Origin: Planctomycetota bacterium | GTDB taxonomy: Bacteria; Planctomycetota; UBA8108; UBA1146 | Assembly: GCA_036338595.1 (NCBI GenBank) | Contig: JAYZBV010000113.1 | Coordinates: forward strand, 43,216-107,215 | Direction of reading: 5' to 3' | Length of the DNA stretch: 64,000 nucleotides | Shown here: piece by piece, positions 1 through 9,324 of the stretch | Layout: each line of letters opens with the position of its first letter | Position numbering within the stretch: position 1 is the first letter of the stretch | Position numbers and translations under genes: made by a program | The notes under the pieces: generated by a model | What the model saw: the letters and a program-made list of their open reading frames with translations, nothing else | What the model was told of the DNA's origin: nothing | Databases searched by the model: none

Positions 1-220
1 AAATCCAACCTCTGAAAGAGATGGCTTCTCGGAAACGATCACGAGATTTCCAGATCCTGAGAAATACATCCTGTGCGACATCCTCTGCACCTGCGAGATC
101 CTTGACATACCGTCTGGCCTGGCGAACCACTGCATCGAGGTTCCGTTCGACGAGCATGTCGAACGCGGAGGTATCTCCCCCCTGGAAGCGACGCATCAAT
201 TCTTCATCGTCTACTTCCAT
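1..220 (-). CDS. ECF-type RNA polymerase sigma-70 factor, N-terminal part only (gene runs off the left edge)
   Basis: My own translation of the minus strand from the ATG at 220 gives MEVDDEELMRRFQGGDTSAFDMLVERNLDAVVRQARRYVKDLAGAEDVAQDVFLRIWKSRDRFREAISFRGW. This is a typical sigma-70 region 2 / ECF pattern. An in-frame stop lies just upstream at 239-241. The gene is absent from the ORF track because it is truncated. Confidence 0.75.
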   Translation of the reverse strand, partial: MEVDDEELMRRFQGGDTSAFDMLVERNLDAVVRQARRYVKDLAGAEDVAQDVFLRIWKSRDRFREAISFRGWI

Positions 221-329
221 GCGGTGGGCGCTCCGACTTCATCATGACAACCCCGGGAATACCCCCAGGTCGCCTGGAAAAGGTGTATTCTGGCCTTGAG
301 GGCCCGATTTTCCCAGGTAGGAGCCTCAA

Positions 330-1421
330 TTGCCCAGTAGACCTCAAGAATCAAGGCCTATCGACTTCCGGCCCACGGGGGAGCCGGTTCCATCGGTTTG
401 CCTCTCCGCGGTCGATGACGCGGCCAGCATCATCGATGTGAGGTCGCCAGGGGAATTTGAAATCGATCATATTCCAGAATCGAACAATGTTCCGCTGCTC
501 GATGATGAGGAGCGAAGCACAGCCGGGTCCATCTACCGCAGCGAGGGCCAGGAGACGGCCCAGCAATGGGCGCTCCTGAGACTCTCATCTCGCCTCGAGA
601 ACTTTTTTTGCGCGCTGAAACAACAGGTCGGTGCCAGGACCCATCCGGTGATCTGCTGTGCACGAGGAGGCGCACGATCCGCTCATGTGGTCCAGTTCCT
701 GATCGGTCGCGGAATCGAGGCGAGGCAACTCGAAGGGGGCTACCGATCTTTCAGGCAGGGGGTCCGAGAAAACCTATCGACCTGTACCCTGGCGAATCTG
801 TTTGTTCTCGATGGGTACACGGGTGTCGGCAAGACGCGACTGTTACAGCGCATCGATGCCAGTCATCCTGGCCGGGTACTCGACCTGGAACAATACGCAG
901 GCCATCGCTCATCTGTACTGGGAGACATCGGATTGAATCCGACCAGTCAAAAGTGCTTCGAGAGCCATCTGGTGGCCGCTCTCGTTGGACTCGATCCAGA
1001 ATCACCCTGGTACCTGATCGAGGGCGAGAGTCGCAAGGTCGGCGACCGTCAGATTCCCCAGGCGCTCTGGGATCGGATGAGTCAAGCTCCCAGGATCGAG
1101 TTGATGGCAGGTCTCGAGAGGCGTGCTCGGATGTTGGTCGAGGACTACACGACCGATGCTGGTTGGCAGCCGGTCATCGATCGGATCGAGACACTGCGCG
1201 GTTACGACAAGTTGGGAATCGGTGGTGTCGAGCGTGTGCAGGAGCTGCTGAGGGGGGGCCAGGCCATCGAAGCGGCAACCTATCTGCTGCAACACCATTA
1301 CGACCCGAGGTACCGACATGGCGGCCAGCAGAAGCAGTTCCTGTTCGCCATCGAGAACCTGGAGACAGCGGCAGCGGCGCAGGAACTGGTGAACCGGTTG
1401 GACCAGATGGTGGCCAGCTAG
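330..1421 (+). CDS. selU: tRNA 2-selenouridine synthase (rhodanese domain + P-loop)
   Basis: 363 aa. Rhodanese-like N-terminus (IIDVRSPGEFEIDHIP ... ICCARGGARS with the active-site Cys). P-loop GYTGVGKT followed by LDLEQYAGHRSSVLG, colinear with E. coli SelU/YbbB. TTG start at 330 preceded by AGGTAGGAG. Confidence 0.85.
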   Translation: MPSRPQESRPIDFRPTGEPVPSVCLSAVDDAASIIDVRSPGEFEIDHIPESNNVPLLDDEERSTAGSIYRSEGQETAQQWALLRLSSRLENFFCALKQQVGARTHPVICCARGGARSAHVVQFLIGRGIEARQLEGGYRSFRQGVRENLSTCTLANLFVLDGYTGVGKTRLLQRIDASHPGRVLDLEQYAGHRSSVLGDIGLNPTSQKCFESHLVAALVGLDPESPWYLIEGESRKVGDRQIPQALWDRMSQAPRIELMAGLERRARMLVEDYTTDAGWQPVIDRIETLRGYDKLGIGGVERVQELLRGGQAIEAATYLLQHHYDPRYRHGGQQKQFLFAIENLETAAAAQELVNRLDQMVAS

Positions 1422-1422
1422 A

Positions 1423-2172
1423 TCAGTCTGGGCGCGGCGCATCTGGCGAGAATTGACCATGGATCAGGAAGTGAATGATCTCCTGCTGTGTTCTCGCCCT
1501 CCAGAACACGAACGTGTGAGACCCTGGAAGTACGATCCGGTCCATCGCTCCCGCCAGTTCCGTACTCTCGATGGGCACCATGGCATCGCTTTTTGCTGCA
1601 ATCACACCGGTTTGAGCCCCTGGCACATTTCCCGCCGGAATCGGGCCGCCGTCTCGATTTGAGAGTTCCTCGAGCGAGAGGATCCAGGGGCCCACCAGGC
1701 CCTCAAAGGCCTTCGCTACGGGTGAGCCGCGATTGGGGGGGGAAATCTGGACGACTCTTCCTATTCCTGGAATCGCCGGGCTGGTGGCCTTGACGGCAAT
1801 CACGGCCCCGAGACTGTGGCCGATGACATGAAGGGGTACATCGGGTTCCTGATCGACCTGCTCCAGCAGGTATTCTCGCAACTCCGTGGCCAGCGTTTCT
1901 ACCGTCTGTTGAGTCGATGTATAGCGGTACTCGATCACATCGAAGCCAGCATTCCGGAGTGCCGGATGTAAGGGGCGCATCGCTCGCTGGGTGCGAAACA
2001 GGCCGTGAACCACCAGTACTCGCTGTCTGCTCGAAACTTCCAGCATCGTATCCTCCACGAGGTCCGGCAAACTGTTACACCCGGACACGATCACCAGCAG
2101 CCATAATACACAACTGGCGAGGGTCAACCGAAGATGATTGCTGTACCGATGTGACACTGGAATTGGCGTCAT
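1423..2172 (-). CDS. alpha/beta-hydrolase (lipase/esterase-like) lipoprotein
   Basis: Nucleophile elbow GHSLG (HVIGHSLGAVIAV). Lipobox-like LLVIVSGC after the internal ATG at 2172. The ORF could extend to 2244. Confidence 0.7.
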   Translation of the reverse strand: MTPIPVSHRYSNHLRLTLASCVLWLLVIVSGCNSLPDLVEDTMLEVSSRQRVLVVHGLFRTQRAMRPLHPALRNAGFDVIEYRYTSTQQTVETLATELREYLLEQVDQEPDVPLHVIGHSLGAVIAVKATSPAIPGIGRVVQISPPNRGSPVAKAFEGLVGPWILSLEELSNRDGGPIPAGNVPGAQTGVIAAKSDAMVPIESTELAGAMDRIVLPGSHTFVFWRARTQQEIIHFLIHGQFSPDAPRPD

Positions 2173-2311
2173 AGTCCTCCGGATAACCAGCATCCCCGCA
2201 TGGCACTCTCTCAACAAGTGGCGATCCGATTGAGGGGCACACATCGAGTGCTTCCGTCCCTTGAATGAAGTGAGGGGTGCTCGAACAGAGTTCGGGCACC
2301 CCTGGAAATTC

Positions 2312-2387
2312 TGGTGGACCTGAGGGGGATCGAACCCCTGACCTCTGCATTGCGAACGCAGCGCTCTCCCATCTGAGCTACAGGCCC
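2312..2387 (-). tRNA. tRNA-Ala (anticodon CGC), CCA encoded
   Basis: Folded by hand. Acceptor GGGCCTG/CAGGTCC contains the G3:U70 alanine identity pair. Anticodon stem CTGCG/TGCAG with loop TTCGCAA. T-loop GGTTCGATCCC. 76 nt ending in ACCA. Confidence 0.93.
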
Positions 2388-2422
2388 ATTTTCTGTATTG
2401 TGCAAGCGCCCACTCGCCATCG

Positions 2423-2506
2423 TGCCGATAGGCTAGGACTCCCTGCCGATAGGCTAGGACTCCCTGCCGATAGGCTAGGACTCCCTGCCGATAGGCTAGG
2501 ACTCCC
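2423..2506. repeat. perfect tandem repeat, 4 x 21 bp (TGCCGATAGGCTAGGACTCCC)
   Basis: Four identical head-to-tail copies at 2423-2443, 2444-2464, 2465-2485 and 2486-2506. The array lies in the intergenic gap between the lpxD stop (2555) and the tRNA-Ala 5' end (2387). Confidence 0.97.
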
Positions 2507-2554
2507 AGACGGGCCCTTCACCTTATAGAGAGGAGGCGCGTCGACCTCAAGAGA

Positions 2555-3598
2555 TTACGAGGATGTCGATGAGTCGGTTTGCTGTTTCAACTGATGTTCC
2601 AGGTCACGGATCCGCTGACGCAATTCAGGCAATTGAGACATGATTCCGAAGATCTTGCGCATCTGTCGTGCGTCGTCAGCGGGGATCCCCATCAGCAGTT
2701 GCTGTCCATCAAAACTGCGCATGATGGCAGATTTGGCTGCGACCCGGGTCCTGTCTCCGACCTCGATGTGTCCGATCATTCCACTCTGGCCACCGAACTC
2801 ACAGCCGTCACCGATCGTGGAAGAGCCAGCAATACCGACCTGAGCTGCGAAGTAGCATCCGGATCCCACATCTACATTGTGAGCGATATGTACCAGGTTA
2901 TCGATCTTGCTTCCTTCTCCGATGGAAGTGTCCTCGAGCGCACCGCGATCGATGGTGCAGTTGCAGCCAATCTCGACATCTCGTCCGATCACGACACCTC
3001 CCCGGTGGGGGATCTTTCTGGGTCCGTCCTCGCCGGAAGCGTATCCGAAACCATCTCCGCCGATCACGCTGCCGGCGTGAATCGTTGTGCCGTCACCGAT
3101 GGTTGTGCCCGCATAGATGACAACATTGGAATGCAGCACGACACCCGCACCGATACTGGAGGGGCCGAGGATCACGACACCGGGGTGAATCACAGCTTCC
3201 GCACTGATCTCCACGGCAGCATCGATGAATGCACCAGGAGCGATCGAGACTTCTCCTTCGATGGTGGCATCTGCATGGATCTGAGCATTGTCGCTGATGC
3301 CAGAAAAGGGTGGATCAGGTTCCGGATGCAGCAACAAGATGGCCCTGGCAAAAGCACTGTTGGAATTGTCATGTCGGATGATGGCTGGAACATCGCCCAG
3401 ATGTTCTGAAGTTCTCTGCGCCCCGACGATGACAGCCGAGGCGGCGATTCCGTCAGGAATCGGGCGGTCATCGGCGATCCAGGCCAGATCACCATCTCCG
3501 GCGCTTTCTGGCGGCTGGACCCGATGGAGCACGATGTCCGGCTGGCCTTCGAGTTCGCCGCCGATCCTGTCGGCAATCTCCTGCGCTTCCATCGTCAT
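2555..3598 (-). CDS. lpxD: UDP-3-O-acylglucosamine N-acyltransferase
   Basis: 347 aa. LpxD-type N-terminal domain ([12 protein letters not shown]...AWIADDR...ASAVIVG) followed by a long left-handed beta-helix of hexapeptide repeats and a C-terminal helical tail. Confidence 0.9.
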   Translation of the reverse strand: MTMEAQEIADRIGGELEGQPDIVLHRVQPPESAGDGDLAWIADDRPIPDGIAASAVIVGAQRTSEHLGDVPAIIRHDNSNSAFARAILLLHPEPDPPFSGISDNAQIHADATIEGEVSIAPGAFIDAAVEISAEAVIHPGVVILGPSSIGAGVVLHSNVVIYAGTTIGDGTTIHAGSVIGGDGFGYASGEDGPRKIPHRGGVVIGRDVEIGCNCTIDRGALEDTSIGEGSKIDNLVHIAHNVDVGSGCYFAAQVGIAGSSTIGDGCEFGGQSGMIGHIEVGDRTRVAAKSAIMRSFDGQQLLMGIPADDARQMRKIFGIMSQLPELRQRIRDLEHQLKQQTDSSTSS

Positions 3599-4647
3599 CA
3601 GTTGCTCCGTATCCGAATCACGCCGAGTAGGTCGACCACAAGAGGCTCGCTCTCACCGGTATCGAGAGTCAGACTCAACTTACCATAGATACCACCAGCA
3701 GTTGTTGGGAATGGATCTGCGATGTAAGCGCGTATCTCGACACTTCCATCCTCCTGCGGTTTGGTCGAGAAGGAAATGTCCAGGCCAGCTGGATTTCGGG
3801 TCAGTTCGAGCTGGGACCCGAGAACCTTCAGCGGTTTCCCATCCGCTCTTCGCAACTTCAATGTGCTTTCGGCGAATCCACTCTGACTGACCTGATTCAG
3901 GTTCCATGACTGAGGTTGGTGAACAATCAGCCCGAAGGCACGTCCTCGAATGGGCATGACGAAGGGCAGACCATTGCAAAGGCCCTCGATCTGGCCCACG
4001 AAGCGCCCTCGTGCAATTCCCGCTGTGGCGGTCACTTCGATGCGCGCCCGACTTCCCTTCGGCTCGAGGAGCCTGACTTTGAAGTGCTGGGCGCTGCTCT
4101 TCAGATTCTCTATCGATGGGGGCTCGGTCGTGCCGCTCTGCGTCAGTTCAAGGATCCGAGAGGACTCTGCAATCGGGCCAGCGGTGGAGGTCGCCAGCAC
4201 GAGATCGCGACTCGAGGGCCTCACAGATGGGTGGAAGTTTGCCTGTACAGGTAGCCGTACCACCGGCAGGTTCCCTACCAGCACCTCGACCTTCTTGGAG
4301 AAGTCGCCCCAGCCCCGTCCAAGACTCAGGTCGAACTGGAAGTTGCGCTTTTCCCCGGGACCCAGCGGTGTACGGACATCGTGAGGGCGCATCTTGATAC
4401 AGCCACAACTGGGACGGATCGAAGAGATCTTGACGGGCTCCTTGGTCATGTTGACGATCTGGAACTCCAGCAATCGCTTGCCGCCATGTCCGACCCTGCC
4501 CAGGTCGATGCTGGTCGGTTGGAGTGCGAGACTACTACTGGACGATTGAGCCTCGAGGATCGAGCCCAGAGGTACCAGCAAGACGAGCATCGTGGCGAGG
4601 ATCCAGTTCCGTGCGGATCCGGGTTGACGGGTCGAGTTGCATCGCAT
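3598..4647 (-). CDS. secreted DUF1573-like (Ig-fold, CGC motif) protein
   Basis: Signal peptide after the ATG at 4647 (GGAG upstream). [18 protein letters not shown] resembles the DUF1573 signature. Its stop overlaps the lpxD start (TGATG). The ORF could extend to 4722. Confidence 0.6.
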   Translation of the reverse strand: MRCNSTRQPGSARNWILATMLVLLVPLGSILEAQSSSSSLALQPTSIDLGRVGHGGKRLLEFQIVNMTKEPVKISSIRPSCGCIKMRPHDVRTPLGPGEKRNFQFDLSLGRGWGDFSKKVEVLVGNLPVVRLPVQANFHPSVRPSSRDLVLATSTAGPIAESSRILELTQSGTTEPPSIENLKSSAQHFKVRLLEPKGSRARIEVTATAGIARGRFVGQIEGLCNGLPFVMPIRGRAFGLIVHQPQSWNLNQVSQSGFAESTLKLRRADGKPLKVLGSQLELTRNPAGLDISFSTKPQEDGSVEIRAYIADPFPTTAGGIYGKLSLTLDTGESEPLVVDLLGVIRIRSN

Positions 4648-4779
4648 CGCTGGGATCTCCTTGATCACATTGTAACCGCCACGAAGTTCCTGTGGTGGGG
4701 ATCTGGTGCTGGCTGCTGGCATGATCTATTTTCGGGGAAAATTGCAATGCACAGCGGTTGAGAGCGAGTAGGGGGAGAA

Positions 4780-5418
4780 ATGGCAGCCAGCACCATCGAG
4801 CAAGTCTGGGGGATTCCGCGCGAGGCGATGCTCCAGCAGGTCGGAGATTTCCAGGGATTCAGGGCGGATCCCGCGGATTTGCTGGCGCGTTGTCGTGATC
4901 TGGAGCCGCACGGGTCGTTTCGTCCACGCGATCAGGTCGAAGATGATCCGCACTGGAAACAGGTGATTCCGTACCTCGTGCTACGCCATCGAGACCGGGT
5001 GCTTCGTCTGCGTCGCCTTTCGACCCAGGGAGAGTCTCGGCTGCATCACCGGATTTCCATCGGTGTGGGAGGTCATGTCAATCCCGAGCCGGCGGGTCCA
5101 GAACCGCTCCTGATGCGCGGCATGAGGAGAGAACTGGCAGAGGAGGTTCGGCTGCTTCGCGCTCCCGGCCAGTTTCGATTGCTCGGCTGGATCAATGACG
5201 ATGCGACAGATGTAGGACAGGTTCACCTGGGCCTGGCGATCGAGGCGACACTGGACCACCCGGCGCAGATCAGAGAGACGGACCGGATGGAGGGCCTGTG
5301 GCTGCCTCTGACGCAACTCTGTGCCACGGATCCTGCCTGGGAATCCTGGTCAGCACTGCTGATCCCCGTACTGGAACCCCATGAGCATGATCCGGCGGGT
5401 TCCAAAGCTTTGTCCTGA
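4780..5418 (+). CDS. NUDIX-family hydrolase-like protein
   Basis: 212 aa. Nudix-box-like segment GGHVNPE...RGMRRELAEEVRL. GGGGGAG RBS before the ATG at 4780. Confidence 0.5.
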   Translation: MAASTIEQVWGIPREAMLQQVGDFQGFRADPADLLARCRDLEPHGSFRPRDQVEDDPHWKQVIPYLVLRHRDRVLRLRRLSTQGESRLHHRISIGVGGHVNPEPAGPEPLLMRGMRRELAEEVRLLRAPGQFRLLGWINDDATDVGQVHLGLAIEATLDHPAQIRETDRMEGLWLPLTQLCATDPAWESWSALLIPVLEPHEHDPAGSKALS

Positions 5419-5434
5419 AACCACTCCGGCTCGA

Positions 5435-5464
5435 TTGACGCTCCATCCGGTGCGGGGCTAGAAT
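5435..5464 (+). promoter_or_regulatory. sigma-70-like promoter candidate for tRNA-Gln (and possibly glmU-prs)
   Basis: TTGACG (5435-5440), 18-nt spacer, TAGAAT (5459-5464), about 65 nt upstream of the tRNA-Gln 5' end. Confidence 0.4.
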
Positions 5465-5529
5465 CAACCAGCGACGAGCAGGCGACCCTTCGTTGGAGGG
5501 AAGTCCTCGTTCAGGGTAACGACTGTTGC

Positions 5530-5604
5530 TACCCGGTGGTGTAATTGGCAACACAACTGGTTTTGGTCCAGTCATTCGAGGTTCGAGTCCTCGCCGGGTA
5601 GCCA
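5530..5604 (+). tRNA. tRNA-Gln (anticodon UUG), CCA encoded
   Basis: Acceptor TACCCGG/CCGGGTA with the U1:A72 pair typical of bacterial tRNA-Gln. Anticodon stem ACTGG/CCAGT with loop TTTTGGT. T-arm CGAGG-TTCGAGT-CCTCG. Ends GCCA. Confidence 0.92.
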
Positions 5605-5692
5605 TTCTTAGTCACGACCAGTGGGCGCACGTATCGCAATAAAATCTGCACCCATCACCAGCCGGATGGTGCAGCAGGACAGGAATGCTTCG

Positions 5693-7012
5693 ATGGACCC
5701 CAATTTCTCCGCCATCCTCCTGGCCGCGGGACGAGGGTCGCGAATGAAGTCACAGCGCCCCAAAGTTCTCCATGAAATCCTTGGTGTCCCGATGATCGAG
5801 GTGGTCACGAGAAATGTGCGCGATTCCGGTGCCGTTGACCTGGTAGTGGTCCTTGGGCATGGAGCGGAAGAAGTTCGTGGATGCCTTGACGATGGCAAGG
5901 CTCGCATTGCGATTCAGGAGAAACAACTCGGCACCGCCGACGCATTGCTGGCCGCACTTCAACAGCAGCCTCCCGCTCATCCGCAGGTACTGGTCGTCAA
6001 TGGGGATCTGCCTGATCTGGACCCGACTCTGCTGTCTTCATTTGTAAGTGACCATCGGAACAGTTCATCGGCGTTTTCAGTGGCGACCGCAACAGTGGCG
6101 GATCCGGCTGGCATGGGTCGCATTGTTCGCGATCAGACGGGTGGGTTCATTTCCATCGTGGAAGAGGAGCAAGCCTCCGAGCTCGAACGCGCCATACACG
6201 AGGTCAATCTTGGTCTGTACGTACTCGACGCCGAGATGGTGACACCAGTGATCGCTGAGATGGTGACGGAGGATCTGTCCAGCGGGGATCCCCCCGGAGA
6301 GAGCTACCTGACCCACCTGGTCGAGGTGCTGGTCAAGAGATCCATGCCCGTAGCTGCGATCGGTGTCGGAGTTGACCAGCAGTTCCTCCAGGTCAATGAT
6401 CGGGTAGGACTGGCTCGAGTTTCCAGAAATATTCAGGACCGGTTGCAGCAGCAGTTTCTGGCGCAGGGCGTGACGATTGTCGATCCGGCCACGACCTGGA
6501 TCGAATTCGAGGTATCGATCGGCCAGGATACCGTGATCCATCCCCAGACGATCGTGCGGCGAAATGTCCGGGTCGGGGCGAATTGTGAGATCGGCCCCTT
6601 CGCACATCTCAGAAGCGGCACCGTGATCGGTGACGATGTGAAGGTGGGCGACTTCGTGGAGATCAACAGGAGCGAGCTTGCCGATGGAGTTCGAGCCAAG
6701 CATCTCGCATACCTCGGCGATACAAAGGTCGAACGGGGAGCCAATATCGGAGCGGGAGCCGTTGTGGCAAATTACGACGGTGTCAAAAAATCTCCGACGA
6801 CCATCGGCGAGGACGCATTCATCGGCAGTGGCTCGGTCATCGTGGCGCCGGGCAATATCGGTGCTGGTGCAGTGGTCGCCGCAGGAGCCGTGGTTCCTCC
6901 CGGTAGGGAGGTGCGCCCAGGGACGACTGTCCTCGGTGTTCCTGCACGAGAGAGAAATTCGCAACAGGACCAAACAGGTGATGTTCGTGAGGATGAAAGA
7001 GAGATCCGATGA
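5693..7012 (+). CDS. glmU: bifunctional UDP-N-acetylglucosamine pyrophosphorylase / glucosamine-1-phosphate N-acetyltransferase
   Basis: N-terminal LLAAGRGSRMKSQRPKVLH nucleotidyltransferase motif and C-terminal hexapeptide beta-helix. The start at 5693 (MDPNFSAILLAAG) fits the family; upstream in-frame ATGs at 5621 and 5666 abut the tRNA. Confidence 0.92.
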   Translation: MDPNFSAILLAAGRGSRMKSQRPKVLHEILGVPMIEVVTRNVRDSGAVDLVVVLGHGAEEVRGCLDDGKARIAIQEKQLGTADALLAALQQQPPAHPQVLVVNGDLPDLDPTLLSSFVSDHRNSSSAFSVATATVADPAGMGRIVRDQTGGFISIVEEEQASELERAIHEVNLGLYVLDAEMVTPVIAEMVTEDLSSGDPPGESYLTHLVEVLVKRSMPVAAIGVGVDQQFLQVNDRVGLARVSRNIQDRLQQQFLAQGVTIVDPATTWIEFEVSIGQDTVIHPQTIVRRNVRVGANCEIGPFAHLRSGTVIGDDVKVGDFVEINRSELADGVRAKHLAYLGDTKVERGANIGAGAVVANYDGVKKSPTTIGEDAFIGSGSVIVAPGNIGAGAVVAAGAVVPPGREVRPGTTVLGVPARERNSQQDQTGDVREDEREIR

Positions 7013-7962
7013 GCCAGGAACTATCAGACCGCATGGTGGTCATCAGTGGAAACTCGAACCGAGCCCTGGCGAACAAGATCTGTTCAGAACTGGGGCTCGA
7101 AAGTGGCCATGCCAAGGTCACCCGGTTTCCAGATGGTGAGATCTCCGTGACTCTTGAGGAAGATGTCCGAGGTAAGGATGTGTTCGTGGTTCAATCCACA
7201 TGTCCTCCGGTCAATGAGAACCTGATGGAACTGTTGGTGATGATCGACTGTGTCAAACGATCGTCCGCTGCGCGAATCACGGCAGTGATCCCATACTTTG
7301 GCTATGCCCGTCAAGACAGGCGTGAGCAGGGCGCACGGGTTCCGATCACCGCCAAACTGGTCGCCAACTTGATCGTCGCTTCAGGAGCAGATCGTGTCGT
7401 GACGATGGATCTGCATTGTGAACAAATTCAGGGATTCTTTGATATCCCGGTAGATCATGTCTACGCCGGTTCGATCATCATCGACCACTACGCTGAGAAG
7501 AAGATGACGGACCTTGTTGTGGTGAGTCCGGATGTCGGGGCCATCAAGATGGCTCGCGCCTATAGCCGAGGACTCGGAGCGAGACTGGCTACCGTCGATA
7601 AGCGTCGAGTGAGCGGAGAAGAGACCGAGATCGGTTTCATCATCGGAGAAGTCGCAGGGCTTCACGCGATCCTCGCTGACGATGTCATCGCCACGGGTGG
7701 TTCGATCACCAAGGCCGCCGATCTGATCCTTCAAAAAGGTGCGAAATCGGTATTTCTCGCCTGTACACATCCGGTGCTGTGTGGGCCTGCCGTGGAGCGG
7801 CTCCAGGCCAGCCCTGCGAAGGAGTTTGCAGTTGTCGATACCATTCCCGTGGACGGAAAGATATTCGATGATAGGGTAACGCTACTGTCGTGTGCCCCGG
7901 CCTTCGCCAATTCGATCCGGCAAATTCACAAGTCAGCTTCGATTGGTCGAAACATTTTATAA
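7009..7962 (+). CDS. prs: ribose-phosphate pyrophosphokinase
   Basis: 317 aa. VIPYFGYARQDR and the PRPP-binding loop AILADDVIATGGS. Its ATG overlaps the glmU stop (ATGA). Confidence 0.95.
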   Translation: MSQELSDRMVVISGNSNRALANKICSELGLESGHAKVTRFPDGEISVTLEEDVRGKDVFVVQSTCPPVNENLMELLVMIDCVKRSSAARITAVIPYFGYARQDRREQGARVPITAKLVANLIVASGADRVVTMDLHCEQIQGFFDIPVDHVYAGSIIIDHYAEKKMTDLVVVSPDVGAIKMARAYSRGLGARLATVDKRRVSGEETEIGFIIGEVAGLHAILADDVIATGGSITKAADLILQKGAKSVFLACTHPVLCGPAVERLQASPAKEFAVVDTIPVDGKIFDDRVTLLSCAPAFANSIRQIHKSASIGRNIL

Positions 7963-8005
7963 GTGACACGTCCAGGTTGCCTGGACGCTGAAAGGCGACG
8001 AGACG

Positions 8006-8563
8006 ATGGACAAGTTCGTGATGGAGGGCAAGGTCAGAGATTCCTCCGACAAGGGGAGCCGTTCTGCGAGGAGCCTGAGAGCATCTGGCCAGATGCCGGT
8101 CAATGTTTACGGATCAGGGCAGGCCAATTCGATGCTGGCTGTCGATTCGACGGCCTTTTACCAGGCACTGGAAAATAGCCACAGATTGTTCCAGATCGAT
8201 TGTGATGGCCACTCGGAACTGGGCCTGATCAAGGAAGTGCAATACGACACCTTCGGTGATCATACCATTCATGCGGATCTGGCCAGGGTGAAGATGGACG
8301 ATGTGGTCGAGACCACGATCCATATCCAGACGATTGGTATCGCCAAGGGGACTAGCGCCGGGGGAACTCTTGATATCGCTTACCACCATATGCCAGTTCG
8401 AGGAAAGTTGAGCGATCTGACCAACAAGATGGTGGTCAATATCGAGAATATTGCTGCGGATGAATCCATCCGAGTGCGCGATCTCGACTTACCCGACGGT
8501 GTCGAGTCGACACTTCCAGCGGAAACACCCATCATCATGGTTCATGGGCGCCGCGGAGGCTGA
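8006..8563 (+). CDS. rplY: 50S ribosomal protein L25 / general stress protein Ctc
   Basis: 185 aa. The N-terminal RSLRASGQMPVNVYG motif and the two-domain length fit the Ctc form. Conserved prs-ctc-pth gene order. Confidence 0.85.
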   Translation: MDKFVMEGKVRDSSDKGSRSARSLRASGQMPVNVYGSGQANSMLAVDSTAFYQALENSHRLFQIDCDGHSELGLIKEVQYDTFGDHTIHADLARVKMDDVVETTIHIQTIGIAKGTSAGGTLDIAYHHMPVRGKLSDLTNKMVVNIENIAADESIRVRDLDLPDGVESTLPAETPIIMVHGRRGG

Positions 8564-8595
8564 TTCCTCCCGGCTTCTGGTGAGGAAGGGCGCCG

Positions 8596-9234
8596 ATGAG
8601 ACGGACTGGACCAGATCGGTCGCAACCCCTTGCCGTCATCGGCCTTGGCAATCCTGGTGATGAGTACATCGGAAGCCGTCACAATGTCGGTTTTGCGGTT
8701 GCTGATCTGGTCGCGGATCACCTCAGAAAACCGGAAGCAGGTCGCGCCACCGGAGCCCAATTGTGGTCCGGGTCGTGGAAGTGGCGCAAGGCTCATGTCC
8801 TCAAGCCGATGCGGTTCATGAATCTCAGTGGCGAACCGGTGCGTCTGTTTCTCGAGTCGATGTCGATGAGTCCGGAACAGTGCCTGGTCGTCATCGACGA
8901 TCTGGATCTGGACAGCGGTTCGATCAGAATCCGTGCGGGAGGCTCTTCGGGCGGGCACAAGGGGCTAGAAGATATCATCTCGGCCCTGGGAACCACGAAG
9001 ATACCCCGATGCCGCATCGGAATCGGCCATCCCGGCACCTCGAGGGAGGTCGTGGACCACGTGCTGGATCGCCCGGTAGGAGCGGAGGGGGCGCTATTTG
9101 AACGGTCCCTGAAAAGAGCGTCCGAATCTGCACTTTGCTGGCTGGTTGAGGGTGTCACGAATGCGGCTCGTCGCTACAATGGGCCGCTTCCTGAACAGGC
9201 AGGCGAGATCCCTGATGGGGTCGAGGACAGTTGA
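8596..9234 (+). CDS. pth: peptidyl-tRNA hydrolase
   Basis: LAVIGLGNPGDEYIGSRHNVGF and the GHKGLEDI motif. GAGGAAGGG RBS. Confidence 0.93.
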   Translation: MRRTGPDRSQPLAVIGLGNPGDEYIGSRHNVGFAVADLVADHLRKPEAGRATGAQLWSGSWKWRKAHVLKPMRFMNLSGEPVRLFLESMSMSPEQCLVVIDDLDLDSGSIRIRAGGSSGGHKGLEDIISALGTTKIPRCRIGIGHPGTSREVVDHVLDRPVGAEGALFERSLKRASESALCWLVEGVTNAARRYNGPLPEQAGEIPDGVEDS

Positions 9235-9324
9235 ACGAGTAATCATAGGGTGCGGCACTCGCAGAGATTCCCTGGCGGTCACCGGGGGAGCGGGGCTGCG
9301 GATCCAGATCTTAAGGAGATCATC

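Noticed and set aside
566-1456. 296-aa plus-strand ORF overlapping selU in another frame
   Set aside because: Arg/Gly/Ser-rich alternative-frame product of a gene whose main frame has an unambiguous SelU match.
1735-1742. G8 homopolymer inside the alpha/beta-hydrolase gene as a phase-variable frameshift switch
   Set aside because: It encodes an in-frame Pro-Pro (ISPPNRG). Runs of G6-G8 occur in several other coding regions here as Gly/Pro codons (for example in pgk at 45423-45429). There is no sign of a disrupted frame.
2423-2506. The 21-bp direct repeats considered as a CRISPR array
   Set aside because: The repeats are directly contiguous with no spacers, there are only four units, and there are no cas genes. 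It is a simple tandem repeat.
2277-2528. 83-aa ORF ending in ADRLGLP x4
   Set aside because: It is the antisense translation of tRNA-Ala plus the in-frame 21-bp repeat array, so it is not a gene.
2312-5604. Genomic island or integrated element next to tRNA genes (also around 19756-19914)
   Set aside because: There is no integrase, no tRNA 3'-end direct repeat and no compositional break. The flanking genes are housekeeping (lpxD, glmU, frr, gcdH).
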